Shown here: one piece after another, positions 7,166 through 15,680 of the stretch
Position numbering within the stretch: position 1 is the stretch's first letter
Layout of the letters: each line of letters begins with the position of its first letter
NCBI RefSeq assembly: GCF_000007185.1
Contig: NC_003551.1
Span: 1,230,001-1,262,000 of the forward strand
Direction of reading: 5' to 3'
From: Methanopyrus kandleri AV19
GTDB taxonomy: Archaea > JAADCQ01 > Methanopyri > Methanopyrales > Methanopyraceae
DNA: 32,000 nt
Program-made: the position numbers and the translations under genes
Notes under the pieces: model-generated
Seen by the model: only the letters and a program-made list of their open reading frames with translations
Told to the model about the DNA's origin: nothing
Databases searched by the model: none

Positions 7166-10100
7166 GTGACGACCGTGCGAATTCCCATCCTGCTCGTCGT
7201 CTCCCTCACCGTCGCGGCGATCGGCGCGCAGGCGCTGGATCTCTACCCGTACGAGGTCATCAGAATAGGGACGGACGCCATCGGTCCGCCCGTCCTCCAC
7301 GCGACCCGGGACGGCCTGAGCGTGTACTACCCGACGAAGGGTGGGACGTGGGTCGGGGTGTCCCTCGACCGGGACCTCCGCGTACGCGGCGTGGCGCTCG
7401 ACGCGGTCCCGGTCCGCGAACGCGACCTACCGACCGGCAGGGGATCGTACTACCGGGCGCTCGAGGTGAACGGTGAGGTGCTGGTCGTCGACGACCTCGG
7501 CGACGTCGTGTACCGGGACGCGGGCCGCTCACCGAACGTCACGAGGCCGAGGTGGAAGCCGCTCACCTGCGTCGCCTACGTCGGTCGGGACGGGAGGATC
7601 CGGGCCGTGACGATCGGCTCCGGCGGCGAGGTCACCGCCTTCGACCTGAACGTCCGCGGCGAGGATCCCGTCGCCCTGATCGACGACGAGACGGCGCTCG
7701 CGTGCTACAGGTCCGGCGGCGACGTCTACCTGGCCGTCCTGGGGACCGAGTGGTCGGTCCTGGAGAGGGGCCCCGAGTGCGTCCTGCTGCACCGGGAGGG
7801 AGACCGGTGGGTCGAGGTCCTCCGCTGGTACCTTCCCGAGCGCCGCCACTACGACCACCTGATCGAGGCGCCCCACGAGCGGCTCGTCGTCGGACGGGTC
7901 GTCGAGCTCCTGGGTCGCGAGGTCTGGACGTTCCCGCTACCGCTGAGCCCCCTGATCGACCGGTCCACGGGCCGGATCCTGGGGTGGAGGGTCGGGAGCG
8001 TGCCGGTGCTCGAGTCCGACGGCGAGATCGAGGTCGTCACGGGCGACGGGAGGACCACCGTGGGCGAGGGCGAGCTCCTGAGCGCCGTGGACCTCGGGTG
8101 GGGACACCTCCTGGTCCTGAGGACCCCCGACGGTCGGATCGAGTTCGAGCTCGTGGAGTTCCGGCTCTACGGTCCGCCGGAGGTGAGGGACCTGAAGCCC
8201 GAGGTCATCCGGCTCGGCGACCGCACGCTCTACCTGGCCACGGCCGGGGTCGAACCGGTGACGACGATCCTGGTGTTCGACCCGGGAACGCGCCGCCTCT
8301 ACACGCTCTACGGTAAGGACTACCGCGTCGAGGGAGACGAGCTGGAGGTGACGGACCCGTGGGGCCGGACGCTCCGCTACGTCTACGACCCGGAGCTGGG
8401 CCCGGTACCACCCGTCCTGGTGCGCGACGGGACGGTCCTGGTGTGGAACGGGGGCGGGTTCGAGGAGGTCCTCACGACCTCGGGGCCGGAGGACGTACTG
8501 CCGCTGGACGACACCGGGATCCTGCTGATCTCGCGCACCGGATCGTACCTGGTGGATCTCGGGCGGGATCGTCCCGAGGTCCTGCCCGTCGACGCCGTGT
8601 GGAACGACTACGGCTCGTGCAGCCACTGCGGGGTCATCGTCGCGGTCCGCGAGGGCGACGCGGTGCGGGTGATCACCCCGCTCGGGACCTTCGAGCTCCC
8701 GGACGCCCGGGAGGCCCTCTGGCTGAACGACCGCCTCGTCGTCTACGAGGGGAAGGACGGCGCCCTCCACGTCGTCACCCACGACGGTCGCCGCGCCCTC
8801 GGCGAGGCCGAGGACGCGGAGGTGGTGGCGCGCGTCGGACCGTTCGTCGTGCTCAGGGAGAGAGGGACGTACGAGCTCCTCGCCAGGCTGACGGACGGCC
8901 TGTGCGTCGGACTCCCGCTCCCGGAGGTCCGCGGTCACGAGATCGTGTACCGCGTCGGCGACCGTGAGTGCCCGATCGACCTGGAGGACCTGCTCCCGGA
9001 GCGCCAGGTGCCGGACCGCTGGTACGTCGTCGAGGACCTCGCGCTGGGCGACCTACCGGACGCCTGGTGCCGACCGGCCGGGGACGGGACGTGCCGCGTC
9101 CTGAGGGACGGGGACGAGATCGTCGTGGAACTGTCCACGGGGTTCGGGCCCGTGAGGGTGCGGACGGGACTCACCGGCGATCCCGTGATCGCCGGGCTGA
9201 ACCGCTCGCTCCTCACGGTCGTGTACCGGGCGCCCGACGGGACCGCACACGCCGCCCTGCTCTCCCCGACGCCGATCGTCGGGAGGTACACCGACAAGGG
9301 ACTGGAGGTCGTGAGACTGGGGCCCGACGGTCCGGAGCGCGTCGACCTCCTACCGCCCGCCGAGAGGGAGACCCTGACGTCGCTCCTCGTGGTCTCGACG
9401 GTGCCCGAGTACGCGTGCGCCACGCGCGTGAAGGTCGGGGACCGGACGTACTACCTGCTCTCGGGGTCCCTGTACGACGCCGAGGGACGCGCCTTGGATC
9501 ACCGGCCCGGGTCGACGCCGGGGTGCGCGGGCGAGACCGTGGTCGTACCCGCGCCGATCTTCTCTTCCCTCCGTAGGTACTACCCCGTCGCGACGGTGCC
9601 GGCGCTCCTGGTGGGGTCCCGGGAACCCCCGTCCGGCGACCGCATCGAGCTGGACGGCGTCACCGTGCTGGTCCACCGGGAGGGCGACGTTACCGTCCTC
9701 ACGTTCGTCCGCGACGGACGCTCCGTGGACCTGGTGCTACCACCCCTCCCACGGGGTGACTGGCGCGTCGAGCGCGTCTCGGGGAGGGCGCTGAGGCTGT
9801 CGACTCCCGACGGGTTCGAGCTGGAGCTCGTGACCGACCCGTGGCCGACGCCGACCGTCAGGGTCAGGACCGGCCCGACCCGGCTCGAGGTCGAGAGATG
9901 GGACGGGGACGGCTACCGACCCGCGCTGACGCTCCGGGTCTCACCGCCCGAGGTCAACGTGGCCCTCCTGTCGAACTGCGACGTGGCCGCGGTCGTCGGC
10001 CGGCTGGTGTTCCTGAGCGGGAAGGTCTGGAGGGACGTCGGTACCCTCCGATCGGTGGCGGTGTGGTCCTCCGACGACTCGACCGTCCTCCTCGAACGGG

Positions 10101-10579
10101 TCGCGGCGTTCGACCGCTTCACGCGCGAGCGCGTGCTGGCGACACTACCCGGACGGTTCGTCCGCGTCGTCCCGACGGAGCTCGGGTGCGACGGGGAGCC
10201 GGTGACGCTGATCGTGACCGAGGGGACCGTGGTCGCCCTGACCGGGTCGTCGAGGGTCCTGGAGCCCGAGTACCTGAGACGGCTGGACGGGGGCTGGTTC
10301 CTGGCCGTGTTCGACATCGACGGGGAGTATCTGGTGGTGCTGTCGGACGGGAAGAAGGTGGTGGACCGGCGCCTCTACGACTCGGTCGAGCCGAGGCCGG
10401 ACGGCACGCTGGTGGCGCGGACGCCCGCGGGTGAGGAGGTCGTGCTGAGGGTCGAGCGGACGGGGGACGGGTGGACGCTGACCGAGGGGAGACCGGACGA
10501 GCGGAAGGGCGGTGGGAGGACCCGACGGATCCCCGTACCGGTACCGCCGGTGCCCGTCCGACGGCGACGATCGGCCTAG
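7166..10579 (+). CDS. Large secreted or anchored beta-rich repeat protein (1137 aa)
   Basis: GTG start. N-terminal signal or anchor IPILLVVSLTVAAIGAQA. Long non-low-complexity body rich in short V/L/R/E strands and DG/GD turns, suggesting a beta-propeller or beta-sandwich. Basic Pro-rich tail RRIPVPVPPVPVRRRRSA. The C-terminal ~110 aa are paralogous to the minus-strand gene at 31536-32000. Confidence 0.85.
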   Translation: MTTVRIPILLVVSLTVAAIGAQALDLYPYEVIRIGTDAIGPPVLHATRDGLSVYYPTKGGTWVGVSLDRDLRVRGVALDAVPVRERDLPTGRGSYYRALEVNGEVLVVDDLGDVVYRDAGRSPNVTRPRWKPLTCVAYVGRDGRIRAVTIGSGGEVTAFDLNVRGEDPVALIDDETALACYRSGGDVYLAVLGTEWSVLERGPECVLLHREGDRWVEVLRWYLPERRHYDHLIEAPHERLVVGRVVELLGREVWTFPLPLSPLIDRSTGRILGWRVGSVPVLESDGEIEVVTGDGRTTVGEGELLSAVDLGWGHLLVLRTPDGRIEFELVEFRLYGPPEVRDLKPEVIRLGDRTLYLATAGVEPVTTILVFDPGTRRLYTLYGKDYRVEGDELEVTDPWGRTLRYVYDPELGPVPPVLVRDGTVLVWNGGGFEEVLTTSGPEDVLPLDDTGILLISRTGSYLVDLGRDRPEVLPVDAVWNDYGSCSHCGVIVAVREGDAVRVITPLGTFELPDAREALWLNDRLVVYEGKDGALHVVTHDGRRALGEAEDAEVVARVGPFVVLRERGTYELLARLTDGLCVGLPLPEVRGHEIVYRVGDRECPIDLEDLLPERQVPDRWYVVEDLALGDLPDAWCRPAGDGTCRVLRDGDEIVVELSTGFGPVRVRTGLTGDPVIAGLNRSLLTVVYRAPDGTAHAALLSPTPIVGRYTDKGLEVVRLGPDGPERVDLLPPAERETLTSLLVVSTVPEYACATRVKVGDRTYYLLSGSLYDAEGRALDHRPGSTPGCAGETVVVPAPIFSSLRRYYPVATVPALLVGSREPPSGDRIELDGVTVLVHREGDVTVLTFVRDGRSVDLVLPPLPRGDWRVERVSGRALRLSTPDGFELELVTDPWPTPTVRVRTGPTRLEVERWDGDGYRPALTLRVSPPEVNVALLSNCDVAAVVGRLVFLSGKVWRDVGTLRSVAVWSSDDSTVLLERVAAFDRFTRERVLATLPGRFVRVVPTELGCDGEPVTLIVTEGTVVALTGSSRVLEPEYLRRLDGGWFLAVFDIDGEYLVVLSDGKKVVDRRLYDSVEPRPDGTLVARTPAGEEVVLRVERTGDGWTLTEGRPDERKGGGRTRRIPVPVPPVPVRRRRSA

Positions 10580-11415
10580 AACTCGATCAACCGCCGCTGC
10601 CCCGACCGTCCCCTTACCGACTCGCCCAGCACGTTCAGTAGCGAGTCCATTCGACGCAGTTCCTTCAGGTAGTCCTTCGAGCACAGTTTGTAGGACCACA
10701 GCAGAATTTTACCTTGACAGAGTCAGAAATTATTGATGAGTCAGTCAGTAGATCTTCTACCCGTCTACTTGAGTGATCGTCGTCCTTCTGAGTGGTGAGG
10801 GGGTCCTGCTCCTCGGACGTCTCCGGCTTCGGGGTTCGGACCTGGGGTCTCGAGGGAGAAGACACGCCCCTGTACGCGCGCTTCCAACAGCCCTGAGAGG
10901 CCCCGGTGGCGGGGAAGTGGGAGGGACATCACCTGGACGCCGTTCCTACCCTTAGTACCCGTCCGACCGGGGCGCCGGAGGTGACGGTTCACGCCGCTGC
11001 TGATCGTCCTCCCGCTGGTGCTCGCGGTGACTGACCGGGAGCGTGTCCGGTGACTACGAACTGCTGCACAAACGGCGCGAACGGGTGCAACGCCTACGCG
11101 TGGAGCGTCACGAGCCGGCTCATACCGATCCGCGCCGTCTCGGAGGTGCGGGGCTCGCCGTGAGGCCCTCGATCCTGCCGGTGACGACCGTGTGAGGATC
11201 ACCCTCGGCCGTCGAACCGTCGCTCCGGCGTCTGGCAGATTAGGAAACCGAAATCGAGTGGAGAGAAACAGGCATGTTTGACGTCTAAGTCCGCGGCGCG
11301 TCCGCGAGGGGACCACACCCGGGAGCACTCGACGTGAGATGTCGTTAACGTGGGGTAAGAGTTTATCCGAAAGCGGGTCCTCCCGCCGCCCGCGACGTCG
11401 CTCGGGGGAGTTCAG

Positions 11416-11982
11416 TTGCGTGTGATGCTCGACACCAACGTGGTCCTCCGGGCCGTCGAGGAGCTCCTCTCACCCTCGATCCCAGAGGTGACCAGGCCGG
11501 TCCTCATCTCGGAGGGCGGAAGGGGCGTTCGTAGGCGACTCATCGGGCTGAAACCCTCCTCGAGGGAGCAACGTGTGGAATCCCTTTACACGTTCACGTT
11601 CTCCCTGCTCGGATGCCTCGACGTGACCTTGGTGGTGGGTCCCAGGCTCATGAAGGAGTACGAGAAGAACCTGGCAGGGGAGTCCTTCTTCAACCGCTGT
11701 TGGAACCTCCGAGGTGTTCTTCAACTGCTCGAAGAGAAGTGCAAGTGGGTGGACCCGGACGAAGAGCTCGTGGAGTTGTGTCGTAAGGCTCATCCCAAGG
11801 ACGATCCCGCGGACGCCGAGCACGCGGCCGTCTGCCTACAAACTAAAGCGGTGTTGGTCACCCTAGACGTGAGTCATTTTTCACAGATGGCGGAGGAGCT
11901 GAGGAGAGAGGGTTTAGCACTGAAATGGCGGACGCCGTTCGACTTCCTCCAGGAGCTCGGCGTGTTCAAATGTAGAGGTTAA
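11416..11982 (+). CDS. PIN-domain nuclease (VapC-like fold)
   Basis: MLDTNVV at the N-terminus, then internal and C-terminal acidic positions (DPADAEHAAV, LVTLDVSHF), fit the PIN acidic-residue pattern. TTG 11416 is the first start; ATG 11425 (MLDTNVV) is more likely. Confidence 0.75.
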   Translation: MRVMLDTNVVLRAVEELLSPSIPEVTRPVLISEGGRGVRRRLIGLKPSSREQRVESLYTFTFSLLGCLDVTLVVGPRLMKEYEKNLAGESFFNRCWNLRGVLQLLEEKCKWVDPDEELVELCRKAHPKDDPADAEHAAVCLQTKAVLVTLDVSHFSQMAEELRREGLALKWRTPFDFLQELGVFKCRG

Positions 11983-12934
11983 GGTTAGGGGTAACGTCGG
12001 GCATGGTCTGAGGTTCGGGCTCCACCCACCAGAGCATCTCCGGACAACCCTCGCGCAGGTACCACTCTAACCCCGCTCTCAACTCCCGGTACAGGTGCCT
12101 CAGACCCTCGCACTCAGGTAGGTAACCACCGTACTCCTCGTAGAAGTTCCGGTAACTCGAGCGTCGATCGTACACGCGGTCGGATCGGGTGAGGAACTCG
12201 TGGAGTACGCCCGCGTGTACGTTCGCACCGACCACCGCCGCGAACCCCAGCGGCTCGTACTCGAGCAGGGCCACCGGCGCCTTGACGTCCATCACGAGGG
12301 GTACCACGAGCTCCGAGCATTCCCTCAGCCTCTCGAGGCCGGCGGTCGTCATGTTCGCGCTCGTGATCGCCATCACGTTGTCCGTGTAACAGACCTCGAA
12401 ATGGACGCCTTTCTTCTCGAACTTCTCCCGACCGACGACCCGCACCTCGAACCCGGCCTCGACCCAGGACTCGATCACCTCCTCGCTCGGGTGAACCCTA
12501 CCCTCGTACTCCACCTCTTGCACGAGCAGGCGCCGACACTCCGCCCGGATCTCCTCCGGATCCACGCCCAGCTCCTCCATCACCTCCTCGAACTCATCCA
12601 GCCCGTACGAGGTGATGAAGAGTACCGAGGCGTCCGGGTCCGTGAACACCTTCCGCAGGGTCTCGAGACCGGCCTTCCCGCACGCTCCTCCGACCTTCAC
12701 GGGCACGCCGGGCAGTCTGAGCACCTCGAAACAGGCCTCCAAGAGCTCCCTCTCACCCGCTAACACCTCGAGCTCGAACCGCCTGAACAGGTCCTTGGCT
12801 TCCCCCAACACCAGCTCCACAGAGTTCTTACCCTCGGGGAACCCCTTACCTGAGGCCGGATAGCGCTTCACGAGCCTGAGGACGGCGAGCGTGGTGACGT
12901 CCAACGCGAGACCGTAAAGCGAGGATTTATCCAA
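11966..12934 (-). CDS. PLD/HKD-like domain protein with variant motif (H-x-E)
   Basis: 322-aa ORF with a TTG start and a GGGGG stretch 8 nt upstream. It has a single HKD-like motif, GVHFEVCYTDNVMAITSANMTTAGLE, with Glu where the Lys is expected. Its 3' end overlaps the PIN gene by 17 bp (convergent). Confidence 0.55.
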   Translation of the reverse strand: MDKSSLYGLALDVTTLAVLRLVKRYPASGKGFPEGKNSVELVLGEAKDLFRRFELEVLAGERELLEACFEVLRLPGVPVKVGGACGKAGLETLRKVFTDPDASVLFITSYGLDEFEEVMEELGVDPEEIRAECRRLLVQEVEYEGRVHPSEEVIESWVEAGFEVRVVGREKFEKKGVHFEVCYTDNVMAITSANMTTAGLERLRECSELVVPLVMDVKAPVALLEYEPLGFAAVVGANVHAGVLHEFLTRSDRVYDRRSSYRNFYEEYGGYLPECEGLRHLYRELRAGLEWYLREGCPEMLWWVEPEPQTMPDVTPNLNLYI

Positions 12935-13182
12935 ATGAACAGCCCCCGTTACTTGGGGGGAGGGGGAGGTCCTTTACTATACAAGTTTCTACTCCGATCT
13001 GGTAAGTGGTCGTTGTACCCGGAAACGTGCGGTCCTCTCCCCACGGTTGTCCTCGGAGCGAAATCCTTCCTCGCTTTCCCTTGAACTTGTTAATTGCACT
13101 GTGTGCACCGTGAGCGTGGGGTTCTACCGGTACCACGCCGTGATATTCGAAGAGAGAAGGCCCGGAGCTGGCGAGGGAAGCT

Positions 13183-13557
13183 TTGTGGAGTAATCCATGG
13201 GGCAGGATCTTCCTGTTAGAAACTCGAGCGGATCCGCCTGTCCAGGGTCGAGCTCGACCGGGGTTCGGTTACTCGGAGGACTACCGGCCGATCGGCCCCG
13301 TCCGGGTGAGCCCGGAGGAGGTGATCGAACGGTACGGGAGCTGGCCCGAATTCATCCGTCGGTACGCGAATGGACTAATCGGCTTGGGAATCGTCTCTGA
13401 CCTCGGTCGGAAGAGGAAGACAGTACGTCATTCGGCGCTTCCCGAGGCTGCGAGTCGCATGGGGGCCTCGGGGAGAGGCGGGGGAGGCTTCAGATGGCCC
13501 GGTGATGGTTCTTCGAAGTATAGCTACAACCCGAACTTTACTCCCTATTTAGTTTAA
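13183..13557 (+). CDS. Questionable small hypothetical protein
   Basis: 124-aa ORF with a TTG start. Only the middle reads protein-like (YRPIGPVRVSPEEVIERYGSWPEFIRRYANGLIGLGIV). The C-terminus is G-rich. Its end overlaps the stop of the AT-rich gene by 4 bp. Confidence 0.3.
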   Translation: MWSNPWGRIFLLETRADPPVQGRARPGFGYSEDYRPIGPVRVSPEEVIERYGSWPEFIRRYANGLIGLGIVSDLGRKRKTVRHSALPEAASRMGASGRGGGGFRWPGDGSSKYSYNPNFTPYLV

Positions 13558-14471
13558 ATTTGATTTTTCATCCATTTTAACTCGCCATCTTTTCGCTCGA
13601 TCCAACTATTCTCAACGGCAAAATTGATAATTTCTTGTAGTTCCTTCTCATTTACTTTGCGCTTATCTAATGCCTTCTTTTTAATCTCATTTTCTGGAAC
13701 ACAGCCAGCTTTTCGTATTTCTGATAATATCCATTTCATGTCTGTAAGTATCCCAGGGATATGTGCACTTACGTCTATAGCTAAACTTACAATACTTCTA
13801 TCAAATTTTTCTACGACTTCTATAGCTTTATCTACATCATTCTTAGAATACCATAACTCGCCCTTTTCAATGTTATCAGAATACTTATCATAATACGCAT
13901 CTTCCATTTTCTCTAGTATATTACAATATTTTTTGATAAATTTACTTATTTCATCAGCCAACTCACTTAATCTACAATTATTAGAATATTCTTCATCGCA
14001 TAATTTCTCAGCTATCCCATCTATATCTTTAAGCGTCTTCTTTAAATGATCAAGTATGTCAATTACATTATGACTCTTATATACACACCTTCTTACCTTT
14101 TTAGCATCATTTGGATTCAGTATTACGTAGTAACCTTCTTTTCCTTTTTTCCATATTCCGATAAGCCACATTAAACGCTCTGCAATGTACTTCGCCATCA
14201 GCTCTAGTGATTGGTTAAGTAATGCCACTAAAATCGTATTTATATCACCTTGTTTAATATTCTCATCGGTCTTAATAAACGCTTCCACTAAGATCTTAGT
14301 CTCTATATCATTTTGACTTACCTTAACATCTTTGTGGATACCAATCTCTTTATGGATGTAATCCCTGCACTCCTTGTTTTCCCGATAGCACTTTACCGCA
14401 GCTAGTAACCATTTCGCCCTCCAGTATATCGGTTCCGCAGGCTCCCTAAACACGATCACGTACTTCCCCAC
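13554..14471 (-). CDS. Hypothetical protein encoded by strongly AT-rich (foreign-looking) DNA
   Basis: 305-aa uninterrupted ORF in AT-rich DNA, where stop codons are frequent, so it is very likely real. GTG start at 14469-14471. It is K/I/E/N-rich and helical (e.g. DKAIEVVEKFDRSIVSLAIDVSAHIPGILTDMKWILSEIRK). Line 13981-14040 counts 20/60 G+C against 42/60 for line 14701-14760. No family recognised. Confidence 0.8.
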   Translation of the reverse strand: MGKYVIVFREPAEPIYWRAKWLLAAVKCYRENKECRDYIHKEIGIHKDVKVSQNDIETKILVEAFIKTDENIKQGDINTILVALLNQSLELMAKYIAERLMWLIGIWKKGKEGYYVILNPNDAKKVRRCVYKSHNVIDILDHLKKTLKDIDGIAEKLCDEEYSNNCRLSELADEISKFIKKYCNILEKMEDAYYDKYSDNIEKGELWYSKNDVDKAIEVVEKFDRSIVSLAIDVSAHIPGILTDMKWILSEIRKAGCVPENEIKKKALDKRKVNEKELQEIINFAVENSWIERKDGELKWMKNQI

Positions 14472-14602
14472 GGGCTGAGGTACCGCTCCCGCAACGTTTA
14501 GAAGAGTTACTAAATAAACATTGTGGAGCGAGGTGTTTTTTCTCGGCTGCGCTGGGGATCCAACGACTGGCGCACAACTCCCCGTACAGTCACCACCGGG
14601 GT

Positions 14603-15679
14603 GTGAAGTGCTCGGGGGACGGGGGCGTGCTCCTTCGTCCCGCGGATTCGTGGGCGGGCGTGCTGGTGGATACGGGGAGCACGATCGTCGCCGTGGACGC
14701 GGGCCCCAACCCGTGGCACGCGGAGGACACCGACTACCTCCTTCTCACCCACGCCCACCTCGATCACGTGGCCTCCCTGGACAGGTACTCGAGGAACGGT
14801 GCGAAAGTACTGTGCCCGGGTGACGTGCGCGACGACTTGGGGCTCGTGGACAGCGCGGTGGGCGTGAAGAAGGTGAAGTCGATGCTCTACGACGTGATCG
14901 TCCACCCCATCCCCGTAGAACACACGTGCAGCGCGTACGCCTACGTCCTGGACTTGGAGGAGTGTAACGTCCTGGTCACGGGTGATTGGCACGTGGGACC
15001 GCGCACGATCGATGGTGAGATCAAACCCCTCTGGAAGGCCGTGCGTGAGGTCGTCGGGGGCGAGGGGGTCGACGTGATCGTCTCGGAGGCCACGCGGGCC
15101 CTCGTGGACGCTCCCGAGCTGGGCGGGAACGAGAGGGTTTTCGAGTACGCCCTGTCCCTACACGACCCGCGGGACGTCCTCGCCTTCCTCCAACCCACGG
15201 ACCTCGAGATCATCGACACGGCCTTCCGAGTGGCCTCGGACCTGGGACTCGACGTCGTCGTGGACTCGGAAACCGATCGGAAGCTCAAGTTCTTGGAGAG
15301 GCGTGGGGACGTGGAGTGGGAGTACGACGTGGCCGACGAGCCCCTGGTGCGCTCCCTGTACCTGACCGTGAGCTGGGAGAAGGCGAGGGAGTTGGCCGAG
15401 GCGGGGCTCGTGGAGGCCGTCGTGGGTAACTGGGCGACGGTCCACCATCTGAGGCGTCGAGTCGGAGTGAAGTACGCGTACGTGATCCCCAGGTCCGGGC
15501 ACGCGTCCCGACCCGAGATAACCCGACTGATCACCGAGCTGGAACCCTCGTGCCTCGTGTTCAGACACCGGTCCGGGGACGCCACCCGCCTCGAACGGTA
15601 CTACTCCAGGTTCGTGGACGAGGTGAGGGTGTGGGTGGGGAGAGGGTGCAGGGACGAGTCCCTCGAGCTCCCGCCCTGA
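14603..15679 (+). CDS. Metallo-beta-lactamase fold nuclease, beta-CASP-like
   Basis: MBL motifs are present: VLVDTGS, LLLTHAHLDHVAS (HxHxDH), PVEHTCSAYAY, VLVTGDW. Beta-CASP-like motifs are VIVSEATRA and the C-terminal PRSGHASRPEITRLITELEPSCLVFRHRSGD (SGHA ... H). GTG start. Confidence 0.75.
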   Translation: MKCSGDGGVLLRPADSWAGVLVDTGSTIVAVDAGPNPWHAEDTDYLLLTHAHLDHVASLDRYSRNGAKVLCPGDVRDDLGLVDSAVGVKKVKSMLYDVIVHPIPVEHTCSAYAYVLDLEECNVLVTGDWHVGPRTIDGEIKPLWKAVREVVGGEGVDVIVSEATRALVDAPELGGNERVFEYALSLHDPRDVLAFLQPTDLEIIDTAFRVASDLGLDVVVDSETDRKLKFLERRGDVEWEYDVADEPLVRSLYLTVSWEKARELAEAGLVEAVVGNWATVHHLRRRVGVKYAYVIPRSGHASRPEITRLITELEPSCLVFRHRSGDATRLERYYSRFVDEVRVWVGRGCRDESLELPP

Positions 15680-15680
15680 C

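Noticed and set aside
10570-10865. Possible small frameshifted gene on the minus strand. One frame gives ...KDYLKELRRMDSLLNVLGESVRGRSGQRRLIEF* ending at 10578. Another gives MSSPSRPQVRTPKPETSEEQDPLTTQKDDDHSSRRVEDLLTDSSIISDSVKVKF (10665-10865).
   Set aside because: The protein-like C-terminal frame has no usable start (a TGA lies immediately upstream), the two pieces need an unsupported frameshift, and neither resembles anything I recognise. It may be a gene remnant at the island edge but is not callable.
11236-11270. CRISPR-repeat-like sequence GGAAACCGAAATCGAGTGGAGAGAAAC, and similar GAAACCGAATTGTTTCC at 1541-1557.
   Set aside because: These are single occurrences with no regularly spaced repeat-spacer array and no cas genes in the window.
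14510-14992. 160-aa minus-strand ORF opposite the start of the MBL gene.
   Set aside because: It is antisense to a gene with clear HxHxDH and downstream MBL motifs, and its own translation is H/R/V/G-rich without features.
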